Positions 46,427-55,396 of a DNA stretch of 64,000 nt are shown one piece after another. Every line of letters begins with the position of its first letter. Positions within the stretch are counted from its first letter, which is position 1. This DNA comes from a virus, in IMG/VR virus record IMGVR_UViG_3300035703_000069, positions 6,477 through 70,476 of that record. One strand, 5' to 3'. The notes under the pieces were generated by a model. It was given only the letters and a program-made list of their open reading frames with translations, did no database searches and was not told the origin of the DNA. The position numbers and the translations under genes were made by a program.

Positions 46427-46654
46427 CTAGGTAGGTTTGCGCATGGCGTATTCGAGCGCTGCGCAGAACTCATAAAGGGAGCGGTGGTCGTAGCGCAGCA
46501 GGTCTCGGGCAGCGGCAAGGCGCGCGGCGTCGGTGACGTCGTGGAGAACGGCACGAAGCCCGTGCTCGATGCAATCGCCCTCGGGATGGAGGGCGGCTGC
46601 GCGTTTGAATGTTGCTACTAAATGGGGCAGGGAATAGTGCTCGTTAAGCCGCAT
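46427..46654 (-). CDS. Hypothetical protein
   Basis: 75-aa ORF in an operon. Confidence 0.55.
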   Translation of the reverse strand: MRLNEHYSLPHLVATFKRAAALHPEGDCIEHGLRAVLHDVTDAARLAAARDLLRYDHRSLYEFCAALEYAMRKPT

Positions 46655-46913
46655 CGGACTGCGCCAGGGTTGTCACCACTGAAGCAACGATGGCTTCGAG
46701 ATGCGGGCGTGGTACGCCGGAAACAACACGAGCGGCGTTCTCGACGGCCTGGGCGTAGGCGCGAGGTGTAGGGCGAGGCGCCGGAGCCTTACCTAGGGCT
46801 CGCTCGCGGATGAGTTGACCGCGGGGGATGAGGAGCGCTGCGGCTTCGGTGTCGAGGCGGAGGCGTTCTTCGGGGGTGAGGAAGACTTTGGTTTCGAGGC
46901 GCTTTGACGACAT
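46644..46913 (-). CDS. Ribbon-helix-helix (MobC/NikA-like) protein
   Basis: KVFLTPEERLRL..AAA....GQLIRERALG. Confidence 0.6.
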   Translation of the reverse strand: MSSKRLETKVFLTPEERLRLDTEAAALLIPRGQLIRERALGKAPAPRPTPRAYAQAVENAARVVSGVPRPHLEAIVASVVTTLAQSDAA

Positions 46914-46955
46914 CGTTATGACGTTATGTGGGGTGTGAGAGGGCTGGGAAGGTGT

Positions 46956-47192
46956 CTATTGGGCTTCGAGCTCGGTGGCGATAGCGAGGAGGCGATAGCG
47001 CACCATCAACAGGCTCGGAATCATGGCCGGAGATCCCGGCAAAACCTGATCTGCAGCAGCTCGCAAAGCGGCAGCGACATCGGATTTGATCTGGTCAATC
47101 GAGTTCGGACAGGCGTAATACGGCACGTCGTAGCGCTTAAGCGTCACGGCGTTCAGCACTGCTTGTGTGGCGGGTGAAAGTTCTTGAGTCAT
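46956..47192 (-). CDS. Hypothetical phage protein
   Basis: LSPATQAVL..AAALRAAADQV..LAIATELE. Confidence 0.65.
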   Translation of the reverse strand: MTQELSPATQAVLNAVTLKRYDVPYYACPNSIDQIKSDVAAALRAAADQVLPGSPAMIPSLLMVRYRLLAIATELEAQ

Positions 47193-47216
47193 TGTTAAAC
47201 CTCGTAGTGTGTAGTA

Positions 47217-47798
47217 CTAAACCCGCGCCAAGGTGACGCTCTCGGGTTGGTTTTGATACTTGCCTTCGCGGTTCTCGTAGGAGACGGCGCAGGGTTCGCC
47301 CTCGAAGAACAGGGCTTGGACAATGCCTTCGTTCGCGTAGATGCGGCAGTCAGCGCCGGATGAGTTGCTGAACTCCAGGGTGAGGTGGCCTTTCCAGCCG
47401 GCTTCGCCCGGGGTCGTATTGGCGATCACGCCCATGCGGGCGTAGGTGGATTTACCTATGAACAGGCAGGTGATGCTCGAGGGGATGGCGAGGTACTCCA
47501 GGGCGACCCCGAGGCCGTAGCTGTGGCCAGGGAGGATGAAGTAGCTGCCGCGCTCGTCCTCGTGCAAGGGGACGGCCTCGAGGTTGGCGGGGTTGAATTC
47601 CTTGGGATCCATCACGGTGCCGGGGACGTGGCGGAACACGAGGAATTCGCGGGGTGACAGGCGAAGGTCGTAGCCGTAGGAGCTGCAGCCATAGCTCAAT
47701 ACCTTGCGGTCTTCGATCTGGCGGATGAGGTCAGGCTCGAAGGGCTGGATCATGCCGCCAGCAGCGCGGACGCGGATCCAGATGTCGTTTTTCAGCAT
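47217..47798 (-). CDS. dcd: dCTP deaminase
   Basis: MIQPFEP..LSYGCSSYGYDLRL..GKSTYARMG..GWKGHLTLEFSN..YANEGIVQ..KYQNQ. Confidence 0.93.
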   Translation of the reverse strand: MLKNDIWIRVRAAGGMIQPFEPDLIRQIEDRKVLSYGCSSYGYDLRLSPREFLVFRHVPGTVMDPKEFNPANLEAVPLHEDERGSYFILPGHSYGLGVALEYLAIPSSITCLFIGKSTYARMGVIANTTPGEAGWKGHLTLEFSNSSGADCRIYANEGIVQALFFEGEPCAVSYENREGKYQNQPESVTLARV

Positions 47799-48046
47799 GT
47801 GGATAGGAGCTTGGCGAGGTGAGAGCGGAAGTCGGCCCAATGGATGCGGACGTTGTGCCCGCTCCATTCCACGGAGCCGGTCGGAATCACGATCTCGGTG
47901 TGTTGGATCGTTTGGAACCGGTGACCACAGCAGGGACAGTCGCGGCGCCGCCAGAAGTGGCCTTGGGTACTGCGGGTCGTGCGCTTCACGTCGGTGACGA
48001 GGGAGCCGCACTCGGGGCATGGAGGACCTATGCGATTTACTCCCAT
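47792..48046 (-). CDS. NrdR-like Zn-ribbon protein (no ATP cone)
   Basis: CPECGS..TDV..T..RRRDCPCCGHRFQT. Confidence 0.7.
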   Translation of the reverse strand: MGVNRIGPPCPECGSLVTDVKRTTRSTQGHFWRRRDCPCCGHRFQTIQHTEIVIPTGSVEWSGHNVRIHWADFRSHLAKLLSTC

Positions 48047-49179
48047 TGGTCGGGGGCGTTAGGCGAGGTGGTGGGGTTAATCGGGCTGGTGGCCCAGCGG
48101 AGGGTGGCACCGACCACAAGGCCCAGGGCGATGACGAGGACGGCGTAGCGCTTCATGCGAGTTGAGTGAGATAGATCGTGACGGCGAGGATTCCCAGGAG
48201 CCAGGTCAATCCGAAGACGATGACGGGGGGCATTGGGGATACATGCGGAGGAGTTGCGTCTTGCGCTCATCGATGAGATGGGCGGAGGAGACGATGGAAC
48301 AAGGGCCGCTCTCGGGGATGCAGATCCGGTAACAGTCGTGGCCGTGGGCATCGACGTAGTAATCGACAAGGAGATCGTCTGAGTTCATGCGACCTCGTAG
48401 GTGCTGCCGACGTACTTCTGCCAGAGGCCCGTGTAGGTGTGGTGCAATGGGTGGTCGCTCCGATCGCGGCCGTCGTAGGCGTAGAGCGTGTCGAGGAGCT
48501 CGGTGCGGGCCAACTGCACCAGGGGGTCGCACCCTGGCATGAACGAGTGGGAAGTGGTCTCAGACATGAACAGGGTGCGATGGGGTGATTAGAAGTCGTC
48601 CTCGGTGGCGAGGAGGTCTGCCTCGAGCGCGCGCGAAGCGGAGCGGAGTGACTTCGTCTGGCGACCGGCGCGGTCGACAGCCTCGGCGGTGTCACCGACG
48701 GCACTAAGCAGAGGGCCGGCGACAGGGGCGAGCTCTTGGCAATACGAGGCGAGTGAAGTCCAGAACGATTGAGTCATGACGAGATGCGTGGATGATTTCA
48801 GAACAGCGGAGCGCGGAGCGCCACGATGCGGAGGTTGGACCAACCGAGCTTGAGAAGAGCTCGGGCACGTAGGCCGGCGGTGTCCAGATCCGCGAAGCGG
48901 ACCGCGGCGAAGGGGTCTGAGACCTCTTCGACAGGGACGCCACCGATGCCGGTGCAGGCGGCGAGGAAGCCGGCCTCGGTGCGAATCACATACCTAGTGG
49001 TGTAGTGACGGCATGACAAAGGATCCTGCAGGAACAAAGCGGGAATCGATGCCACGTTGTTTGAGATTTGCATTGGCTTTTAGGATTTCATTGGCTGTAG
49101 CAAAGGTGGTGTAAAGCGCTATTCCTGTGGTGATCTGCATTAGTTCATACGCAGCAAAACCTGCCATGGATGTGTCCAT
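48037..49179 (-). other. Cluster of small hypothetical genes (e.g. 48206..48388, 48385..48567, 48589..48777, 48798..48989, 48994..49179)
   Basis: Tightly packed minus-strand ORFs with overlapping start/stop codons. Confidence 0.55.
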
Positions 49180-49344
49180 GTCGACGGGCGGTGAAGAACG
49201 CGGTGCGGGTTGGTGCGGCTGAGGGCAGGGCCCGCTTGGTCATTCTGCCGCGCTTCCCATAGGGTGGGAGCGCGCAGGCTCGGTGAACTCACAGCGACCT
49301 GCGTGGATGATCCGCCCTGGGGGTGAGAGCCCAGGGCGTTTTTC

Positions 49345-49638
49345 TCAAACGCGGCGCACTCGGTAGGTGACGAGCTCGGCGCCTGCGGCGTCCATCTCTT
49401 GGACGGAGAGGACACCGCGGTTGAAGCGGTCGCGGTCAGCGCGGTCAAGGCCGGGCATGGTGACTTCGGAGACGCACTCGGCGAAGGCGGCCATCCAGTA
49501 GGGGACGATGCCGTAGACGTGACGGTGCGCGACATCACCAGGGTTGGCGTACTCGAGCACGGGTGCTTTGACGCCCTTGTCATTGAGCCAAGCGATCAGG
49601 CTTTGGTTCTTAGTAACGATGATGTTGCTTTCGGACAT
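49345..49638 (-). CDS. Csx16-like (Cas_VVA1548-like) protein
   Basis: IIVTKN..LIAWL...VYGIVPYWMAA...RGVLSVQEMDAAGAELVTYRV parallels the Csx16 pattern VTRH..W...VIGTLP.HLAA...ELS.EEM...GA.L..Y.V. Confidence 0.65.
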   Translation of the reverse strand: MSESNIIVTKNQSLIAWLNDKGVKAPVLEYANPGDVAHRHVYGIVPYWMAAFAECVSEVTMPGLDRADRDRFNRGVLSVQEMDAAGAELVTYRVRRV

Positions 49639-49667
49639 TAGAGAAAGAGTGAAAGAATTGTGTGGAT

Positions 49668-49685
49668 AAAAGGGGCTGAAGCCCC
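49668..49685 (-). terminator. Intrinsic terminator
   Basis: Minus strand GGGGCTTCAGCCCCTTTT. Confidence 0.7.
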
Positions 49686-49741
49686 GAAATCACACAAGGG
49701 CAAGACAAGCTTGCCGCGGGCAACGAGTGGAGGACGTAAGG

Positions 49742-50254
49742 TTAGGCCACGTGTTTCCATACCTTGCGGAGTCGGACAAGGCTAATTAAAGATGCGTCTA
49801 CGCCAAAGCGTTCTGCCATGACATTAAGAGGAGCGTCCGAGTCGCGAATGATCCGCACAGCCCCTTCAGTAAGTTTGGCCCTGGGGTTTGCTGAGCCTTT
49901 CAGCCCTACCCTGCGGTTTCTCAATGCCGTGTCTTTCATGTTTTGTACATGATCACCGACATAAAGATGCGCTGGATTGCAGCAACGTGTGTTGTCACAG
50001 GTATGCAAAGCATGCTCAGTAGGTAAAAGCTCTCTATTAAGTGAGAGGGCTAATGCAACACGATGGGCGCGGACCATCCGTCCTCGTAGACAGATGGCGC
50101 CGTAACCGAGACCGGAGCCTTTAAGGCATCCTTGCCATTCCCAACACTCATTGCCCATTCCCCTTTGCACCTTGGACCAGAAGCGCTGCTCAAACAAACT
50201 GCGCTCTTCCGAATCACACGGAGGTAAAAGCAACGTCATACCAATGCCAGACAC
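49742..50254 (-). CDS. HNH homing endonuclease
   Basis: RFWSKV..CWEWQG..AHRVA..HTCDNTRCCNPAHL..N..D; lower GC than the flanks. Confidence 0.88.
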   Translation of the reverse strand: MSGIGMTLLLPPCDSEERSLFEQRFWSKVQRGMGNECWEWQGCLKGSGLGYGAICLRGRMVRAHRVALALSLNRELLPTEHALHTCDNTRCCNPAHLYVGDHVQNMKDTALRNRRVGLKGSANPRAKLTEGAVRIIRDSDAPLNVMAERFGVDASLISLVRLRKVWKHVA

Positions 50255-51309
50255 GCTTCACGTGCACGGGTGATGCGGCGTGCACTTTCCCCGCCCCAAA
50301 GACTGGTAAGGCGGATGCGGGCGCGCTCGGTTTCGTCTTTGGCGCGGCCGACGTCGTGTGTTTCGGCCTGGGTGATGGCGTTGAACAAGCCGTAGACGGT
50401 GCCGGCCACGCCGGGGATGTCGCGGATCCCTAGGCCGGTTTCGCCGGCGTAGTGGCTGCGGATCGTGGCGACCTCGGGGATGTCACCGAGGGTGCGGGGA
50501 CGGGTGGCACCGGACTTGTCCTTGTAAGGGGTGGCGAGCTTGTCGGCGTAGGTGGTCTCGAGGACGCGACGGGCGATCTCAGTGGTGAGTTGCACGTTGG
50601 TGAGGTCGCGCAGTTCGTTGATTGATTGGCGGAAGCTCCGGCGCTCCAGGTCGATCAGCAGCGGGAGGCGCTCGGCGAACTGCGTGACGGATGCGGTGTG
50701 CTTGGCGCGGAGCCCGGCGCCCTTGGCGACGGCTTTGCCCACCGCTTTGCCGGTGAGATAGGCGAGCTGGTTGGCGCAGCGCAGGCGGACGTCGCTGAAG
50801 AACACGCCGAAGCCGGAGCTCCCGTCATGGGAGTTGAACAGATGCAAGTAGCGGCGCACCTTGTCGCCGGGGACGACCTCGTCCTCGGTGTCGATTGAGG
50901 CGGTGGCGAACACCTTGCGGCCGTCACGGATCGAGAGGACGTTCTCGATGGTGACGTCCTCGTGGAGGTAGTCGAGGAGGTTGATCAGGGCGTCGTTCTG
51001 CACCGGGGTGTAGCCGGAGCCGTGGATGCCGAGCAGGGCGTCGGTGTCGCTGCGGACGATGGAGCAGTGCTCGGGGGACTGCATCGGGCCGTCCGGTCCC
51101 ATGAAGAACGCGGGGCGCTTGTCGGCGGTCCAGTTGAGGCCGGCGATCTCGAAGGCGTCACGGGCGGTGACGTTCTCGGGGACCATGGTGCCGACGCGGC
51201 CGATGAGCGGGTTCACGGCGTAGCCCTTGTCGCGGTAGCGGCCGTAGACCAGCGGGCCGGTGCCGTCGGCGGCGTAGGCGGTGCTGACGCGGTTGGCGGT
51301 GAAAGTCAC
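50236..51309 (-). CDS. DUF932 (phage/plasmid TIGR03299-like) protein
   Basis: AGLNWT..VRSDT..LG..YTPVQN..NSHDGSS..VRLRCANQL..KHT..GTVYGLFNAIT; start uncertain. Confidence 0.85.
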   Translation of the reverse strand: MTFTANRVSTAYAADGTGPLVYGRYRDKGYAVNPLIGRVGTMVPENVTARDAFEIAGLNWTADKRPAFFMGPDGPMQSPEHCSIVRSDTDALLGIHGSGYTPVQNDALINLLDYLHEDVTIENVLSIRDGRKVFATASIDTEDEVVPGDKVRRYLHLFNSHDGSSGFGVFFSDVRLRCANQLAYLTGKAVGKAVAKGAGLRAKHTASVTQFAERLPLLIDLERRSFRQSINELRDLTNVQLTTEIARRVLETTYADKLATPYKDKSGATRPRTLGDIPEVATIRSHYAGETGLGIRDIPGVAGTVYGLFNAITQAETHDVGRAKDETERARIRLTSLWGGESARRITRAREACLALV

Positions 51310-51393
51310 TTGAGTCGATTGGCTGCGTAGATGAGTGCGCGTTGTGCCGAGGCGCGCCCCTCGGGGCAAGACTAGAGGGGTTGGGGCGAGAGC

Positions 51394-51579
51394 TCAACCT
51401 AAACGGGTTGAGTCAGACGAGGGGAAAAGGATCTCAACGGCGCGCTCGAGCATGTAGGCCATGAGATTCGAGTTGGAGCGGCCCTGCTCGTTAGCAATGC
51501 TGCAGATGCGCTCGTGGACGTGGAAGGGAACGGTGATCGTGACGCGCTGGCTGGAGCGCCGGGAATGGGGGTGGATCAT
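51394..51579 (-). CDS. Ribbon-helix-helix protein
   Basis: RVTITVP..HERI..IANEQGRSNSNLMAYMLE. Confidence 0.75.
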   Translation of the reverse strand: MIHPHSRRSSQRVTITVPFHVHERICSIANEQGRSNSNLMAYMLERAVEILFPSSDSTRLG

Positions 51580-52361
51580 GCGACTGCGGCGAGGGATTGT
51601 TTGCCGCGGATGCCTTCGCGGCGGCGTTGGATGGGCATGAGTTGCGCCCAGGCGGTGAAGGCGTCGGGGTCGTCCCAGCGCTGGGCGGTGAGGTCGACGA
51701 GGACCGGGGCGCCTTCGAGGGGGTGGTCGGTGAAGAACTCGAGCGACGGCGTGTCGCCGTAGAGGTCGCCGTGGATGCTCTTGACGAGCACGGCCCGGGC
51801 GAGGAGCTCCGAAGCACGGGAGAGCAGGCCGAGGTAGCGGCCGTTCACGCGGGCCGAGATACCGGCGACGTAGTTGCCGGGTACGAACTCGCGCAGGAGC
51901 TTGTGCAGGCGGGGGATCTCGAGCAGGGTCGAGGTGTGCGGATCGCCGGGGATGCGGTCGCCGGGCAGCATCTCGAGGCGGGTGTCGCCGTCAAGGATGC
52001 GCCAGGTTTGGAGGTCGCTCTCGGGGATCCAGGCGCTGTCGTCGGCGATCTCGCGCTGGGTAGGTTTGCGCTTGGGGACGCTGTCGGCCCAGATCAAGGT
52101 GACGACGCCCTCGGGGAGCTGGGTGTCTTCGAGGGGGACGCGGTGCTGCTCCGTGGCGTAAGTGCCGGCGCGCGTCGCGGAGACGGTCTGCTCGCAGCGG
52201 TGGTCGCAGGCGATGGCGATGTGGCCATCGCAAGTGGCGAGGTAGCGGTGGCCGCCCCCGGGGCGGCGCACGACCTGCACCAGGCGCAAGGGGTAGCGCT
52301 CTTTCTGAGAGGCGGAAGCGATGTGGGCTGCCGCCTGGAGCGAGGGGAGGTGGAACTTCAT
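51576..52361 (-). CDS. Hypothetical protein (weak beta-clamp-like motif)
   Basis: ERYPLRLVQV...LATCDGH recalls a clamp central-domain motif. Confidence 0.55.
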   Translation of the reverse strand: MKFHLPSLQAAAHIASASQKERYPLRLVQVVRRPGGGHRYLATCDGHIAIACDHRCEQTVSATRAGTYATEQHRVPLEDTQLPEGVVTLIWADSVPKRKPTQREIADDSAWIPESDLQTWRILDGDTRLEMLPGDRIPGDPHTSTLLEIPRLHKLLREFVPGNYVAGISARVNGRYLGLLSRASELLARAVLVKSIHGDLYGDTPSLEFFTDHPLEGAPVLVDLTAQRWDDPDAFTAWAQLMPIQRRREGIRGKQSLAAVA

Positions 52362-52636
52362 GGGGCGGCAGCGTCGAGGGTGTCGTAGTGGTAGAAGGCT
52401 GCAGCCCAGGCGGGGAACTCGGGGTCTTCGGGGAAGGGGTAGCCCTCGAGCTCCCAGTCGGATTCGTGCATGCCGCAGGGGGCGTACCAGCCGCCCTCGT
52501 CGCCGGTCCATCCGGCGCGCCAGCGGGCACCGTCAATGCGGTCTTGCTCAGCCATGGCGGCCTCGACCTGGGAGAGGTGGTCGTACCAGTTGGGACGGCG
52601 CTCGAGTTGGAGCAGGTTGAAGGTGGGGTCGTTCAT
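52358..52636 (-). CDS. Hypothetical protein
   Basis: Overlapping start/stop codons in an operon. Confidence 0.6.
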   Translation of the reverse strand: MNDPTFNLLQLERRPNWYDHLSQVEAAMAEQDRIDGARWRAGWTGDEGGWYAPCGMHESDWELEGYPFPEDPEFPAWAAAFYHYDTLDAAAP

Positions 52637-52896
52637 TCGCCTAGGTGAATCAGGTGGGCTTCGAGGTATTCCTGCACGGAGCGCAGGTGGGAGCGCATCA
52701 CGTCGCGTTGCGTCGCGGCCTGGGGCCAGGCGCCGGGACCGGCGACGTAGTAATCCCGTGCGTTGTGCTCGATCTCGTTGAAGGTGCGGATGGCGTTTTG
52801 CAGGGCGCGGTAGGCGTTGAAGTAGCCCTCGGCCAGCATCTGGCGGGAGGTGCCGTTCAGGTGAACGGTGGGAAGGGTGAGAGATGTTGTTTGCAT
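52633..52896 (-). CDS. Hypothetical protein
   Basis: PTVHLNGTS..HNARDYY. Confidence 0.6.
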   Translation of the reverse strand: MQTTSLTLPTVHLNGTSRQMLAEGYFNAYRALQNAIRTFNEIEHNARDYYVAGPGAWPQAATQRDVMRSHLRSVQEYLEAHLIHLGE

Positions 52897-52900
52897 TTGA

Positions 52901-53221
52901 TCAGTAGCTGATGTGAACGTCGGCGATGCCGTCGAGGGGTACGCCCAGGCGATAGGCGGCACCGGCCGAGAGATCGAGCGAGGCGCAATCACACCGGTCG
53001 GTGATGGGCACCGTGAGGGATCGCCCTCGGTGAGAAACGCGCACTCGGGTGCCGCAGGGGAGCCAGGGATGGGCGGCGCTCACGCCCCAGTGCTGGTAGG
53101 TCTGGCCGCAATAGGTGGTGCGGCCTTGGTACCAATCCGAATAAACAGTGCTTGTCACGACGCGGGCCTGCGCTGGGGCGCAGAGTGCGGCCACAAGGGC
53201 GAGGGAAAGGCGGCGCATCAC
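52901..53221 (-). CDS. RlpA-like DPBB protein with signal peptide
   Basis: YSDWYQGRTTYCGQ..SAAHPWLPCGTRVRV..VPITDR..LDLSAGAA..LG. Confidence 0.82.
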   Translation of the reverse strand: MMRRLSLALVAALCAPAQARVVTSTVYSDWYQGRTTYCGQTYQHWGVSAAHPWLPCGTRVRVSHRGRSLTVPITDRCDCASLDLSAGAAYRLGVPLDGIADVHISY

Positions 53222-54560
53222 TCCTCCAGCGGGGGGAGTGCGGCGATAAAGCCCTGGATCCAGGGGCCGACGTCCTCGGGGGCAAGCGACGCGAGGCCAA
53301 TGTGACGGCCGTCGACTTGGACGGAGAGGCGCGGCTCGCTGCCGAGCTCGCGAATGATGTCGAAGGTGATAGTGCGCGTCACTGGTTCTGCATGTAGAAG
53401 AACGAGGAATTGGGGCCGAAGCTTTCCAATAGGTGGGGAAAGGCGATTTCGATACGGCGCTTGTTGTTTTGGTCGGCTTTGTACCAGGCCTGCGCTAGAG
53501 CGGAGCAAAAGCCGCCGCCGTGTTTCTCCATAGCGAGGAAGGTGCGCCACTGATCGTGTGCTGTCAGCGTTGTGAAAGTCGTAGGGCTCATTTGACGAGG
53601 TTGATGTTGTTAGATACAGGGCGACTCGTGGAGCCGTCCCAGAAGAGGCGCATGCGGTGAACCACGCAGCGGGATGGGGGATGCGTGGCCTCAAACAGCG
53701 CCCAGGCTTCGGCGGCGCTGGGCGCGTCGACATAGCAACCCCAGTTGGAGGTGCCGTTGTTGAGGTAGGTGTACTCGAAGCGGTATTTGTTCATGCGCTA
53801 GCCCCACTGAGGGCGACATAGAAAGAGGGTTCGTTACTAGCGATGCCGCGGGATTGTTCCCACTTCTGGGTGATCTGTAGGCGCTCCATCTCGCGCTGCG
53901 TTTCGATGGAGTAGATCCAGCGATTGCGCTGCTTGAGTACGCACTTGACCTCGCCTAGGGCGACGTTGGTGAGCGCTTTGGTTTGCATGTGGCTCAGGAG
54001 CCAGTCGCGTTCTGCGTCATACGCAGCGGTTAGGCGCTGGATCTCGAGTTGAAGTTCACGCGCTCGGGAGAGGTGCTGGCCGACTTCGCCGGTGGGCACA
54101 TAGGTGCGCTCGCGGCGCTTTACGAAAGAGATGGTCATAGTTCTTTGAAAACGGTTGGCTGCTGACTGGTTCGCTAATCGGTCACCAGTAGCTGGCGGAA
54201 GGTGAAGGGTTCGCCACGTTTGGCGTACTCGCTGAGGAGTAGGTCGACCTCGGTGGGGTCTTCCACCCAGTGCTCGTGCTCCCAGTCGTCTGACAGGAAG
54301 TGCCAGACGGGGTGGGGCTCGAGCACGGGCTCGGGTGCGTCCGGTGGGGAGAGCGGACGCGGATCAGGGCAGTAGGTCATGGGCCTGCGTAGACGGTGGG
54401 CGTCGGGGGCAGCGTCTGCGAGGGGCGCTGGTAGCCGTAGTCGATGGCCATGGCGGCGAGCGCCAGGCCGAGAAGGAAGCCGGCGACGTGCTCGGCAGCG
54501 ATCCATGGGGGCATGGGGCGGCGGCGCGGTGCGCGCTTGGAGCGTAGATGGGTCATGGCA
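53218..54560 (-). other. Cluster of small hypothetical genes (53218..53382, 53379..53591, 53588..53794, 53791..54138, 54174..54380)
   Basis: Chained ATGA/GTGA overlaps. Confidence 0.6.
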
Positions 54561-54585
54561 ATAGGTCAACTGATTCAGGAACAGG

Positions 54586-55314
54586 TCAGACGCCGACGAA
54601 CGAAGCGCCGACGCCGTGGGCCTCGACAAAGATGTCGGTTTTGGCGCCGTCGCACAGGCGGCATGTCAGGCATTGAGCCTGGGAGTCGGCGGCGGTGGCG
54701 GGGCAAAGCTTGCCGCTGTAGGGGGTGTCGCCCTGGGGGACGACAGCGAAGGTGCGCCAGCCCATGGCGGAGGCGTCCAGATAGTCCTGGAAGCTGTCGC
54801 ACGAGGCCTGGAACAGGCCAACCGCCCATTGCGCCCATGGTTGGCGCCACTGGTGGCAGTAGCCGGTGTGGCCATCGGCGATGGCGTTGAGGTTACGCAC
54901 TACGGGCGCGTTGAGGATGCCCGGATCGCCATAGGCACCCCAGCGGATGCGGCGACCGCGTAGGTAGCGGGCGTGGAGCGTGGGGTCGTACTCGGGATAC
55001 GAGCCCCGGGCGAAGGCGTGCCAGACGTTGCCTACGCTTTTGCCCACGTCGACATAGCAAGAGCGCACCCACTTGAAGCGCTTGCGCTTGGCGTCCCACA
55101 CTTGGCGACGGCGGTGCGGGCAGTCACCGCAGATCGTTCGGTCGTCGCCGGACGCGATGGCGTCGAGCGGGTGCACATCCGGGCGGAGGATGAAGACCTG
55201 CACCATGTCGCCGGTCTTGGCGTTGGTGCTTTTGAGTGTCGCGATGGCGACATATGGTTGGCCGTCGATTGGCGAGATGCCACGGTCGATCACGAAGCCG
55301 ATTGGCTTACGCAT
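54586..55314 (-). CDS. Cys-rich conserved phage protein (possible Fe-S/Zn binding)
   Basis: NAKTGDMVQ..ICGDCPH..CYV..RWGAYGDP..HTGYCHQW..CPA..CLTCRLC. Confidence 0.7.
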   Translation of the reverse strand: MRKPIGFVIDRGISPIDGQPYVAIATLKSTNAKTGDMVQVFILRPDVHPLDAIASGDDRTICGDCPHRRRQVWDAKRKRFKWVRSCYVDVGKSVGNVWHAFARGSYPEYDPTLHARYLRGRRIRWGAYGDPGILNAPVVRNLNAIADGHTGYCHQWRQPWAQWAVGLFQASCDSFQDYLDASAMGWRTFAVVPQGDTPYSGKLCPATAADSQAQCLTCRLCDGAKTDIFVEAHGVGASFVGV

Positions 55315-55396
55315 TGCTTGTAACTCACAGCGAGAGAGGATGAGGCGCGATGCGCCCAGAGAGCCCACCCGCAAGGGGAAGGGCTCTGGGGGCGAG

